Source: an uncultured delta proteobacterium (GTDB lineage: Bacteria > Desulfobacterota > Binatia > Bin18). From it: a stretch of 64,000 nucleotides of DNA. Positions 37,796 through 48,246 of the stretch are shown one piece after another. A model generated the notes under the pieces. It searched no databases, was not told the origin of the DNA, and was given only the letters and a program-made list of their open reading frames with translations. The stretch covers positions 32,001 through 96,000 of the forward strand of contig CAVTCR010000012.1 of the NCBI GenBank assembly GCA_963733195.1. The letters run 5' to 3'. Position 1 is the first letter of the stretch, and each line of letters starts with the position of its first letter. The translations under genes were made by a program, and so were the position numbers.

Positions 37796-40700
37796 GTGCA
37801 GTCGCAAAACTCCATTCACTTCGACCCTTTTTGCCTCGATAGGGCGAACCAGTGCCTTTGGCGCGGGAAGCAGGCTGTCGCTCTGAAGCCCAAAGCCTTC
37901 GCCGTGCTGCGCTATCTGGTAGAGCATCCTGGTCGGTCTAGTCAGCAAAAACGAATTACTTGACGCGGTCTGGCTTGACGCCGTTGTCAGCGAAGGGGTG
38001 CTCAAGTTTTGCATACGCGAGATTCGCAAGGCGTTGGGTGACAATGCCCAAGCGCCGCGGTTCATCGAGACGCTGCACCGGCGGGGGTATCGGTTTATCG
38101 CCCCGCTGTCAGCGCTCGCTCCAGTTCCAAGGTCCAAGCGTCCGAGCGTCGAGCTTCGAAGCGAGCCTCTCGTCCTGTTAGCTCTCAGCTCCTCGACTTG
38201 ACCTCTACATCTTGGTCGGTCGTGAAGACGGAACTGGCACAGCTCCACCACTGGTTAGACAAAGCATTACGACGGCGAGCGGCAAATCGTCTTCGTCACG
38301 GGCGAGCCAGGGATTGGCAAGACGGCGGTGGTGGAGGCATTTCTGCAGAGTATAGCGTCAGCACAGGTCCAAGGTCCAAAGTCCAGGGTTCAAAGTCGCA
38401 AAGAAGTTCAAGGTTCAACGTTTGCGGTTCAACGTGCTGAACCAAACCCTAATCCCCAGCCCCTAGCCTCCGAGTGTGGCTTGGGCACGGGCAGTGCATT
38501 GAGCACTATGGAGCGAGTGAAGCGTATTTGCCCGTTCTCTCGGCACTGGGCCAACTCTGTCGTGAGCCAAGCGGACAACACTTCATTGATCTCTTGAATC
38601 AACATGCGCCGACGTGGCTGGTGCAAATGCCGACACTGCTGACCGCGACGCAGCTCGAAGTGTTGCAGCGTAAGACGCAAGGTGCGACGCAGGAACGGAT
38701 GCTACGGGAGTTCGCAGAGGCAGTAGAAGCCCTAACAGTAGAGAAACCGTTGGTGCTGGTGCTGGAGGATGTGCATTGGAGTGATGTAGTCCACGCTAGA
38801 CTTGCTCTCGGTCTTGGCCCGGCGGCGGCAACCAGCGCGATTGCTGGTGGTCAGCACCTACCGGCCGGTGGAAGTATTGGCGCGGGAACATCCACTGCAC
38901 TTGGTCAAGCAGGAATTGCAATTGCATGGGCAGTGCGAAGAGATGTTTCTGGGATTGCTGACCGAAGCGGAGGTAGAAAAATATCTGGCGGTGAGGTTTT
39001 CTGTAGAGGCACACCGCGCCGTGCCCTTACAAGAATTTGCTCGGGTGGTTCACCAACGCACGGAGGGCAACCCACTCTTTATCGTCAACCTGGTGGACTA
39101 CTTGTTGGCTCAGGGAGCGCTCGTGCAACGGGATGGACAGTGGGTTCTGCTCGAGGGGGTAGAGGCGACCGGGGCAGGAGTCCCTCAGAATCTACGGCAG
39201 ATGATCGAGAAGCAGCTCGACCGACTGAGCCTGGAAGAACAGCGACTGTTAGAAGCAGCAAGTGTTGCGGGAGTGGAATTTTCTACTGTCGCAGTAGCCG
39301 CAGCCTTAGGATCCGAGGTGGAGCAGATTGAGGAGTGGTGCGAAGGGCTGGCGCGGCGTCATTTCTTTCTGCGACCCAACAAGAAGCGGCGTGTGGCCGG
39401 ACGGGACACTGGCCGCGCACTATGAGTTCTTGCACGCCTTGTATCAAAACGTGCTGTACGAGCGAGTGACGATGACGCGACGGCAGCGTCTCCATCAGCG
39501 AATTGGAGAGCGGCAAGAGGGAGGGTACGGAGAGCAGACGCGAGAGATTGCGGCAGAACTCGCGGCGCACTTTGAACGCAGCCGAGATTACCAACGAGCG
39601 GTCAAGTATTTGGGACAAGCAGGCCAGAATGCCAGCGCCCGGTCTGCTCACCGGGAGGCGATCAATCACCTGACTACAGCTCTGGAATTGCTTAAGACGC
39701 TGCCGGACACTTCTGAACGCACCCGGCAAGAACTCACACTGCAAATCGCTCTGGGCCTGGCTTTGATGGCCACCAGGGGCATTGCGGCCCCCGAAGTAGA
39801 ACAAGCCTATGCCCGAGCGCGGGAGCTGTGTCGGCAGGTGGGAGAGACTCCACAGCTTTTCCCGGTGCTGGTAGGGCTTTTTCGCTTTTACCTAGTGCGG
39901 GCGGAGTTGCAGACAGCACATGAGTTGGGGAAGCAGTGCCTCAGCCTAGCCCAAAAAGTGCAAGACCCGGCCCTGCTTTTGGAAGCTCACATGGCGTTGG
40001 GGCCGCCCTTGCTCTTTCTTGGAGAGATGGCCTCGGCCCGTGAACACACAGAGCGTGGGATTGCCCTCTACGATCCCCAGCAGCACCGCTCTCATGCCCT
40101 TCTCTACGCACTAGACCCTGGAGCGATTTGCTTGTCCATTGCCGCCTTGAGCCTGTGGTGTCTCGGCTATCCGAACCAAGCCCTCCAAAGAATCCACGAG
40201 GCGCTTGCCCTGGCCCAGGAGCTGACTCACCCCTTGAGCCAGGCTTTTACCTTGTTTGTCGCTGCCATGCTTCGTCAGTTCCGCCGAGAGGGACAAGCAG
40301 CAAAAGAGCGGGCAGAGGCAGTGATGGCGCTCTCTAGCGAGCAGGGATTTCAGCAATGGTTGGCGCAAGGGACGATCGTGTGGGGCGCGGCGCTAGCCGA
40401 GCAGGGCCAGGAAGAGGAGGGGATTGCTCAGATACGCCAGGGCTTAGCTGCCCACCAAGCCATGGGGGCAGGGCTGTGGCGACCATGTTATCTTGCCTTG
40501 CTGGCCGAGGTGTATGGAAAGTGGGGCAGGCAGAGGAAGGGCTTACGGCTCTGGCCGAGGCGTTGGCTGTGGTGGACAAAACTGGGGAGCGGTGGTACGA
40601 GGCGGAGCTGTATCGGCTACGCGGCGAGCTAACGCTCGCCCAGTCTAGGGTCCAGAGTCTAGAGTCTGGAGTCCAAGAAAATCAAAAGTCAAAAGGCAGA

Positions 40701-41022
40701 AGGCAAAAAGCAAAAATTACCGACCCTCGACCCCTACCCCCCAACCCCCAAGCGGGGGCGGAAGCCGAAGCGTGTTTCCTGAAAGCCATTGACATTGCCC
40801 GGAAGCAACAAGCCAAATCGCTCGAACTGCGCGCAGTGATGAGCTTAGTCCGACTACGAACAACAAGTCCAGGAGCACGCATCACGTTCCACGCACCACG
40901 AAGCACGCGCCAAGCTCGACGAAGCACACAACATGCTATCTGAGGTCTACACTTGGTTTACGGAAGGGTTTGATACCAAGGATTTGCAAGAGGCGAAGGC
41001 GCTGCTGGAAAAGCTATCATAA
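37796..41022 (+). CDS. OmpR-type winged-helix-STAND ATPase-TPR regulator, multiple frameshifts
   Basis: F.LD.ANQCLW, LKPKAFAVL.YL, IRKALGD...PRFIETLHRRGYRF; GEPGIGKT; LEDVHW; TPR tail WFTEGFDTKDL. Confidence 0.85.
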
Positions 41023-41070
41023 GCGATCATGATCATGCCCGACACAAGAGGGGCACACTTACTAAACCTT

Positions 41071-41087
41071 GCTCCCGGAATGGGAGC
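41071..41087. promoter_or_regulatory. Putative HigA operator palindrome
   Basis: GCTCCC-GGAAT-GGGAGC just upstream of higB. Confidence 0.5.
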
Positions 41088-41103
41088 GTGATAAACGTTA
41101 TTC

Positions 41104-41397
41104 GTGCGGATTATTTCCGTGAAAACTCTACGGGATTTCTGGACTAAACACCCGCAAGCCGAAATACCACTACGGGCTTGGTACGCGCAAACAAGCAGGG
41201 CCGATTGGGCCAGTCCTGTGCAAATCAAAGCCGCGTATCGTAACGCAAGTTTTCTGGCCAACAACCGCATTGTTTTCAACATCAAGGGTAACGATTTTCG
41301 ATTGGTTGTCGCGGTTCACTATAACCGGAGGATGATGTTCATCCGCTTTGTCGGTACGCATCACGAATACGATCGAATTGACGCCCAGAATATTTGA
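41104..41397 (+). CDS. higB: HigB toxin (type II TA)
   Basis: MRIIS..TL.DFW.KHP, W, VFNIKGN.FRL, RFVGTH.EYD. Confidence 0.9.
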   Translation: MRIISVKTLRDFWTKHPQAEIPLRAWYAQTSRADWASPVQIKAAYRNASFLANNRIVFNIKGNDFRLVVAVHYNRRMMFIRFVGTHHEYDRIDAQNI

Positions 41398-41406
41398 GGT
41401 CGCACA

Positions 41407-41781
41407 ATGGAACTACGCCCCATAAAGACCAAGCGAGCGTATCTTGCGGCACTGAAGGAAGCAGAGGCACTCTGGAATGCGCCTGAGGGATCGAAGGAAG
41501 GAGATCGGCTAGAGGTTCTGACGTTGCTTATTCAGGCCTACGAATCAACCCATTACCCGATTCCAGACCCCGATCCAGTGGAGTTCCTTTTGCATGTGAT
41601 GGAAGCGCGCGAGATAACGCGTAAGGATCTTGAGCCGTACCTTGGCTCGCGCGCACGCGTTGCAGAAGTGCTCAATCGTGTACGCCCTCTGACGCTAGAA
41701 ATGATTCGGCGTCTTTCGGAAGGCCTCGGTATTCCGGCTGAAGTCTTGATTCGCAAGTACGAACTTAAGAATGCTGCTTGA
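41407..41781 (+). CDS. higA: HigA antitoxin (HTH)
   Basis: PIKT...Y..AL, LI.AYE..HYPI..PDPVE, RV.EVLNR.RPLTL.MIR.L; toxin-first order. Confidence 0.9.
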   Translation: MELRPIKTKRAYLAALKEAEALWNAPEGSKEGDRLEVLTLLIQAYESTHYPIPDPDPVEFLLHVMEAREITRKDLEPYLGSRARVAEVLNRVRPLTLEMIRRLSEGLGIPAEVLIRKYELKNAA

Positions 41782-41841
41782 GATGAACACCGCGTCGAGG
41801 GAAATTCTGGGACGACGCGGCTGGTTCGAAGGATATTGATT

Positions 41842-42630
41842 ATGACAGATTCAGTTTTACTGATCGAAAAAAATGAAGGAATTGTCACACTAACGTTGAA
41901 TCGTCCCCACGCGATGAATGCGTTGTCACACGAATTACGGCAGGCAATCGTGCAAACGTTCGTGGCTCTGCAAAACGATCCTGAGACTCGGGTTGTTATT
42001 CTTACTGGTGCTGGCAAAGCCTTTTGTGCTGGACTCGATCTCAAGGAACTGGGGCAAACAGGGTTACCTTCGGTTGGCGCGCGCGGCGCGGTCGGTGGTG
42101 AAGATGATATTATTCAGGCGATGTCACAATTTGACCGACCGATTATTGGGGCGATTAACGGTGTTGCTATCACTGGCGGTTTCGAACTGGCCTTGGCGTG
42201 TGACATCTTGATTGCGTCGAGTGCGGCGCGATTCGCCGATACCCATGCCCGCGTTGGTGCGATGCCAGGCTGGGGATTAAGTCAGAAACTCTCTCGTCTT
42301 CTTGGTATCTATCGCGCGAAAGAATTATCCCTGACCGGAAATTTTCTCTCTGCTGAGAAAGCTGAAGCATGGGGATTAGTGAATCGTGTTGTTGCGCCAG
42401 AGGAGTTGCTGCCGACTTGTCGGACTTTAGCAACCGACATGCTTTCGTGTGTGCCTGAAGTCCTACGCAATCTGAAACGAACGATTGATGACGGATTTGC
42501 TGCGACGTTTACTGAGGGAATGAAAATTGAGTATGAAGCCTGGCGTGAACACAGTCGCACGGTCAAACCAGAAGACATTGCAACCCGACGAATCGGCATT
42601 CAGCAACGTGGCCGGGAGCAAGCATCCTAA
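41842..42630 (+). CDS. Enoyl-CoA hydratase/isomerase family protein
   Basis: LNRP.AMNAL, AFCAGLDLKE, TGGFELALACD, FADTH. Confidence 0.9.
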   Translation: MTDSVLLIEKNEGIVTLTLNRPHAMNALSHELRQAIVQTFVALQNDPETRVVILTGAGKAFCAGLDLKELGQTGLPSVGARGAVGGEDDIIQAMSQFDRPIIGAINGVAITGGFELALACDILIASSAARFADTHARVGAMPGWGLSQKLSRLLGIYRAKELSLTGNFLSAEKAEAWGLVNRVVAPEELLPTCRTLATDMLSCVPEVLRNLKRTIDDGFAATFTEGMKIEYEAWREHSRTVKPEDIATRRIGIQQRGREQAS

Positions 42631-42732
42631 CCTCCTCACGAAAGACACTATGGAGCCGGGAGAAAGATCCTTGCTAGACAACGGGAAGAACGCTGACTAT
42701 GCTCCTTCCTAACTTCATAAAGGAGGTGGGTT

Positions 42733-43110
42733 ATGCCAGCACGTAAACCCGAAGAGTGCGATACGCTATTAGGTGAAGCGATCAACCGTGGTGACTTAGA
42801 AGCCGCAGTTGCCTTGTATGAACCAAATGCGGCCTTCGTCCAAGAGCCGGGAAAAGTTGTCACCGGTCATGCAGCGGTGCGCGAAGCCATGAACGGGTTC
42901 TTGTCACTGAAACCAAAATTGTCGATCCAGGTCAATGCAGTGCAGAATGGTGGTGGTGACATTGCGCTCTTGCAGTCCAAATGGAACCTGACTGGCACCG
43001 GTCCAGATGGAAAGCCGATGTCGATGTCAGGGAATGGAGTTGAGGTTGTTCGCCGTCAGGCTGATGGTACGTGGAAGTTTATCATTGATAATCCGAACGG
43101 GGCGGCTTAA
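42733..43110 (+). CDS. NTF2-like protein (YybH/DUF4440)
   Basis: GDLEA..ALYEP.A, EVVRRQADGTWKFIIDNP; GGAGG RBS. Confidence 0.8.
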   Translation: MPARKPEECDTLLGEAINRGDLEAAVALYEPNAAFVQEPGKVVTGHAAVREAMNGFLSLKPKLSIQVNAVQNGGGDIALLQSKWNLTGTGPDGKPMSMSGNGVEVVRRQADGTWKFIIDNPNGAA

Positions 43111-43221
43111 TCTCGCACTCTGGGAGCGCGGGCGTCCCGCCCGCACAAAAGCCTGTCCCGAGCCTCGAAGGGGAGACGGTCGCGCTCCCGGGTTCGTTCT
43201 CAATCCCGAATTTCTCTCTTC

Positions 43222-44433
43222 ATGAGTTGGCAACGCGAAGTCGACGGCATCGAGGAGCGTAAACGCCTCGCACAAGAGCACGGCGGTACCGATCCCGTCT
43301 CTCGCCAACATGCGCAGGGACGCCTCACTATCCGTGAACGTGTGGCTGGATTGGTCGATATTGCTTCTTTCCGTGAACAAGGCCCAATCGCTGGATACGC
43401 AGAAACTGACGAGCACGGGCAGATACAAACGTTTACCCCGGCAAACTACGTCTTGGGTGTTGGCAAGATTGATGGGCGGCTTTGCGTGGTCGGTGGCGAG
43501 GATTTCACCGTGCGCGGTGGATCACCATCGCCCGCCGGATTACGCAAGAGCGTGTTTGCCGAAGAATTAGCCTGGCGCTACCGTGTGCCATTAATTCGCT
43601 TCCTCGAAGGTGGTGGCGGCAGTGTACCACGCGGCGATGGTAAAGGTGGCGGTGGTGGTGAAGCTGTTAACGCTCCGCCGCGTTTCATGTCGATCATGCA
43701 AGTGATGAGCGTGGTACCGGTGGTTTCGGCCGCGCTCGGCGCAGTTGCTGGCCTGCCCGCTGCTCGCTTAGTAGCATCGCACTTCTCCATCATGACAAAG
43801 CACACAGCGCAGGTAATGATCGGAGGTCCGGCCTTAGTTGAGCGCGCCTTTGGGCGGCGTCCGACCAAGGAAGAACTCGGCGGTCCAGACGTGCACTTGC
43901 GCAGCGGGGTTGTCGATAATGTTGCTGACGACGAAGCCGGTGTCTTTGCGCAGATCCGACGTTTCCTCAGCTACCTTCCGACCAACGTCTGGGAAGCTGC
44001 ACCTATAGTGCCGAGTGATGATGATCGTCATCGACAAGCGTCTGAACTGTTAGCGATCATTCCGCGCAATCGCCGTCGCGCTTATGACATGCGTCGGCTT
44101 ATTGAGTATGTGGTCGATCGCGATTCGTTCTTTGAGTTGGCGGCATTGTACGGCCCGTCGCAGATTATTGGACTCGCACGACTCAACGGCCAGTCTGTTG
44201 GTATCTGGGCCAATGATCCAGCCTGGTATGCCGGAGCGATGACCGCCGATGGAGCACAAAAAGTGCGGCGTTTTATCGACCTGTGCGATGCTTTCCATTT
44301 GCCCATCGCCTGCTTTGTTGATGAACCTGGTTTCATGATTGGCCCTGAGGCTGAACAAACTGCGACGATTCGTCGAAGGAATACGATCACACCGCAATCA
44401 CAATCTTGCCGAAATGCGCAGCGCTTTCCATGA
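43222..44433 (+). pseudogene. Acyl-CoA carboxylase carboxyltransferase subunit, C-terminally truncated near 44375
   Basis: GRLTIRER, DFTVRGGS, KEELGG, FVDEPGFMIG.EAE; homology ends at ATIRR where the convergent ADH gene ends. Confidence 0.7.
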
Positions 44434-45397
44434 GCTTCAAGGCTTCGCGAGCTTGGTTGAATGGAAAGACGCGGTCGATCACTGGCTTGGTTTTGTGGAT
44501 CGTCATCGCGCGATTCATGTCCTCGAACATCTCACGTGAGCCAACGTAGATACCTTGGAAACGAAGGCCTTTCATTAGCACAGGCATGGGGTCAATCTGC
44601 CCGCCGAGGCCGCTGAGAATACCGATCAAACCAACCGTACCCCCTACACGCGTAGCACGAAAGGAGCGTTCGAGTGTGCCTGCGCCACCGACTTCGGAGA
44701 CATGATCGACGCCAACACCATTCGTGAGGCGTAGCACTTCCTTGTCCCAATCTGGGGTAGCTTTGTAATTGATCGTAGCCCACGCACCAAGTTGCTTGGC
44801 GCGAGCTAACTTCTCATCACTACTCGAAGTGATAATCACCCGTGCGCCGGCCATGACCGAGAATTGCAAGGTAAAGATCGATACGCCCCCGGTGCCTTGC
44901 ACCAGTACCGTGTCGCCCGCCTTAAGGTTGCCTTTAGGAAACAGATCCTGCCATGCTGTGACTGCAGCGCAGGGTAGAGTGGCAGCGTCTTCGTAGGTCA
45001 TATAGTCGGGAATCGACACGACACCATCCTCACTCAGCATAACTTGTTCAGCGAGCATGCCATCGATGGCACCGCCGAGTGCAGAGGTAAAATGATGGGG
45101 CATGATGTCGCCAGCGAGCCAGTTCTGGAAGAAGATACTTGCTACGCGGTCGCCGGTTTTGACGCGCGTGACGCCTGGTCCGACTTTGATCACTTCTCCA
45201 GCGCCATCAGAGCAAGGAATCCGGGGCATTTTGGTTCCGAGTGCACCACCGTGCTTCACAGTCATGAAGTCACGATAGTTGAGTGACACGGCTTTGACCT
45301 TGACGACGATCTGGCCATGTCCAGGGGTTGGGTCAGGCTGGTCGGAGAGTTTAAGGTTATCGATACCGAAAGAATCGCGAATTTCGTATGCTTTCAT
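44387..45397 (-). CDS. NAD(P)-dependent medium-chain dehydrogenase/reductase
   Basis: AVSLNYRD, PCSDGAG, LPCAAVTAW, QGTGGVS, HFGKIVI; GGAGG RBS. Confidence 0.9.
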   Translation of the reverse strand: MKAYEIRDSFGIDNLKLSDQPDPTPGHGQIVVKVKAVSLNYRDFMTVKHGGALGTKMPRIPCSDGAGEVIKVGPGVTRVKTGDRVASIFFQNWLAGDIMPHHFTSALGGAIDGMLAEQVMLSEDGVVSIPDYMTYEDAATLPCAAVTAWQDLFPKGNLKAGDTVLVQGTGGVSIFTLQFSVMAGARVIITSSSDEKLARAKQLGAWATINYKATPDWDKEVLRLTNGVGVDHVSEVGGAGTLERSFRATRVGGTVGLIGILSGLGGQIDPMPVLMKGLRFQGIYVGSREMFEDMNRAMTIHKTKPVIDRVFPFNQAREALKLMESAAHFGKIVIAV

Positions 45398-45414
45398 AGA
45401 ATCCTCCTTCTTGT

Positions 45415-45493
45415 GTAGGGCGGGCTTGGCCCGCCATGAATATTTGGCAGGCACAGCCTGCCCTACGATTCTGGTGCACAGAGCGCATCCTAC
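45415..45493. repeat. Cluster of GTAG-type REP palindromes
   Basis: GTAGGGCGGGCTTGGCCCGCC...GGCAGGCACAGCCTGCCCTAC...GGTGCACAGAGCGCATCCTAC. Confidence 0.65.
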
Positions 45494-45730
45494 TGTGAGC
45501 AAAATTCTGCCGTTTGACAAGGCGGTGCTCCCTCTTTGGCATTCGCCTTACGGTGTGCTAGCGTCTGCCGTCTATAGAAAACAAGGCGAAACAGGATAAA
45601 GAAAAAGGGAAAAGGGGGAAAAGGGAAGACTACAGAAGAGAATTCGATCTTTGCTTGACAAGTTTTCTTTTTTGCCGTTTCTCCTTTTTGCCTTTTTTCC
45701 TTTTCGCCTAAAGAGAGAGGAGAGAGGGAT

Positions 45731-47344
45731 ATGCCACGTACGTCAGAAGCGATTGTGCAAGCACTGAAGGAAGCTGGAATCACCACAATCTTCGGCATTC
45801 CCAGTATTCATAATATCGGTCTGTATGATGCCATCCGCCGTGATGGTTCATTTCGTCACATTGTCTGTCGTCATGAAGCGGCAGCAACCCACATGGCTGA
45901 TGGGTATGCCCGAGCGAGCGGCAGTACTGCGGTTATTATCTCTTCAACTGGACCTGGCGCAGGATTTACGCTCTCGGCGTTGCAAGAAGCCTGGGGCAGT
46001 TGCTCACCAGTGCTGATGATGACTTCGAACATTGATGCGGCCAAGATTGGCAAAGGATTAGGCGTCCTGCATGAACTTGAAGAGCAAACATCGCTCTTTC
46101 GGACGGTGACGAAACAGACGTTCTCGCTTCGGGCGAGTGACGACCCGTATGCGACCATGAAAAAGGCACTTCATCTCACTCGCAGTAATCGCCCTGGTCC
46201 GGTTTACATGGAAGTGCCGCACGACTTGTGGGGCAATGAAGCGACCGTTTCCCCAGTATCCCAGCGGGACGGGCACTCGGTACCGTTGCCCTCACGTATC
46301 GAAGACGCCGTCGCGTTACTGAGACGCGCAAAACAGCCGGTGATCATTATTGGAACGGATGCAGCGCGAGCAAATCTGGCGGCAGATATTACCGCCTTGG
46401 CCGAAGCGTTATCGGCTCCGGTAGTGAGGTAGTACGCCGCAAAGGGGGTATTGGCAGAAGACCATCCCTTGTCGTTTGGGAATATTGCCCGACGCATGGT
46501 GGTGAAAGAGATTGTGCCAAGTTGTGATGTCGCATTGGTGATCGGCACACGCCTGCGTGAGGTTGATGCTAAGCGTCGTGGTCTCGTACTGCCGGAACAG
46601 GTCATTCATGTTGATTGGGATGATCGCTGGATCGGCAAGAACTTTCCGACGACAGTTCCACTTGTGGGCGACCTTCCAGCTATTGCGAAAGAGCTACGTC
46701 ATCAACTCGAAGGCGAACCATATGCCGGGCAACGACAAGACCGCGTTGCAGAGTGGCGCAAACAAACAGATGCCGAGTTGGCTCAGGTGCGGAAAGACTT
46801 GCACGAGGTCCGCTACCTCGACATCATTCGGCAGATTTTGCCGCGCGATAGTATGATCGTCGGTGATAACACGCAACTTGCCTATTGGGCGGAGTATTTC
46901 TATCCATCCTATCAATCTAACGGCATAATTGCAGCGAAAGGCTCGGGCTTACTCGGCTTTAGTTTCCCAGGGGCGATTGGTGCGAAGGTGGCGCGACCCA
47001 ATAAGCCTGTCGTCGGCATCATTGGTGATGGAGGTTTCCTGTACACCTCACAAGAACTCGCGACGTGTGTTCGTCATAAGATCGGCTTTCCGATGATCGT
47101 AGTAAACGATAATGCTTACGGTGTGATCGGCTATCTACAGCGCACGGCCTTTCAGGAAGAATATGAGGCAAAGCTGACGAATCCGGACTTTGTGGCTTTT
47201 GCTAATTCCTTTGGTGTCGCTGCGACCCGCGTTAATTCGCCAGAGAGTCTTGGTAAAGCTCTAGAGAAAGCGCTAGCGGCTGGTGAAATGCACCTCATCG
47301 AATTGCAGACAACAATCGCCGCGCCACCATTTGGCAAGTACTGA
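45731..47344 (+). CDS. Thiamine pyrophosphate-dependent enzyme (acetolactate synthase-like), disrupted near 46430
   Basis: IFGIP..HN, RHEAAA.HMADGYAR, GDGGFLY...VNDNAYG. Confidence 0.85.
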
Positions 47345-47449
47345 AGACAGGGGTTGGGGGCTAGGGATTGGGGTTGGAAAAAACGTCGAAATCGAGCTTC
47401 AATGTAAGACGTAGTAGACGGTTTTCGTAAACTCAAAGGAGGGTTGGAG

Positions 47450-48094
47450 ATGACACAGGTCTTCACTATTGGGCTTATCATTGCGGTGTTCGGATTCGTT
47501 GCAGGTTGTGACTCCGGGTCTCAGGGGCCAGCGCAAGAGACGAAAAAGGAACCTCCCCCTGTATCTACACCTGCACCAACTGCTGCTGCGCCTGCGTCCA
47601 GCTCAACACCGGCAACTGCAACGGCTACAGCGAAACCACGCAAACCGCCAAAGGAGACACCAGAAGAGGCTCGTAAGCAGTTAGAGACCCTTGGAGTTCA
47701 ATATGACGAGAAGACGTTTTTTAAAACCGCAACTGATGGCAATGCTGCGGCTGTCGAGCACTTCGTGGCGGCAGGGATGAGCCCAAATGTGAAAGATGCG
47801 GGCAATTGGACACCACTTATGTATGCTGCGGAAAAAGGACACACTGCTGTGATTCAAGCTCTGCTTGATGGTGGGGCTGACGTCAACGCCAAAGACGGCG
47901 AAGGGAATACTGCTCTGACTTGGGCAGCCAATGAAGGGAAAGTGGACGCTGCGAAAGCTCTTATTGCCGGTGGGGCCGAGGTCAATATCCAGAACAAAAG
48001 TGGCACGACTCCGCTTACTCGGGCCCTGCTCTACAAGCGTGATGCGGTTGCTGAGGTACTCCGGCAAGCTGGCGCAACAGATCCACGACGGTAA
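47450..48094 (+). CDS. Ankyrin-repeat lipoprotein
   Basis: Lipobox VAGC, Pro/Ala/Thr linker, ankyrin repeats (WTPLMYAA, GNTALTWAA, GTTPL). Confidence 0.85.
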   Translation: MTQVFTIGLIIAVFGFVAGCDSGSQGPAQETKKEPPPVSTPAPTAAAPASSSTPATATATAKPRKPPKETPEEARKQLETLGVQYDEKTFFKTATDGNAAAVEHFVAAGMSPNVKDAGNWTPLMYAAEKGHTAVIQALLDGGADVNAKDGEGNTALTWAANEGKVDAAKALIAGGAEVNIQNKSGTTPLTRALLYKRDAVAEVLRQAGATDPRR

Positions 48095-48246
48095 TGAGTA
48101 AGGAGAAGTAGCTTCGAGCGGTGAGCATCGAGGAACGAGCAAGAGGCCCGTTATTTTCTACTCGGCTCCCGAACCTCGATCCTCGGTTCTTTTTGGATGC
48201 AGATGTTTCCGTGCGCAGAGCGCACGCTACAAAGAGAGGGAAGAAT

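Noticed and set aside
32802-41022. Diversity-generating retroelement acting on the similar STAND C-termini
   Set aside because: No reverse transcriptase in the window, and differences between paralogues are not adenine-specific
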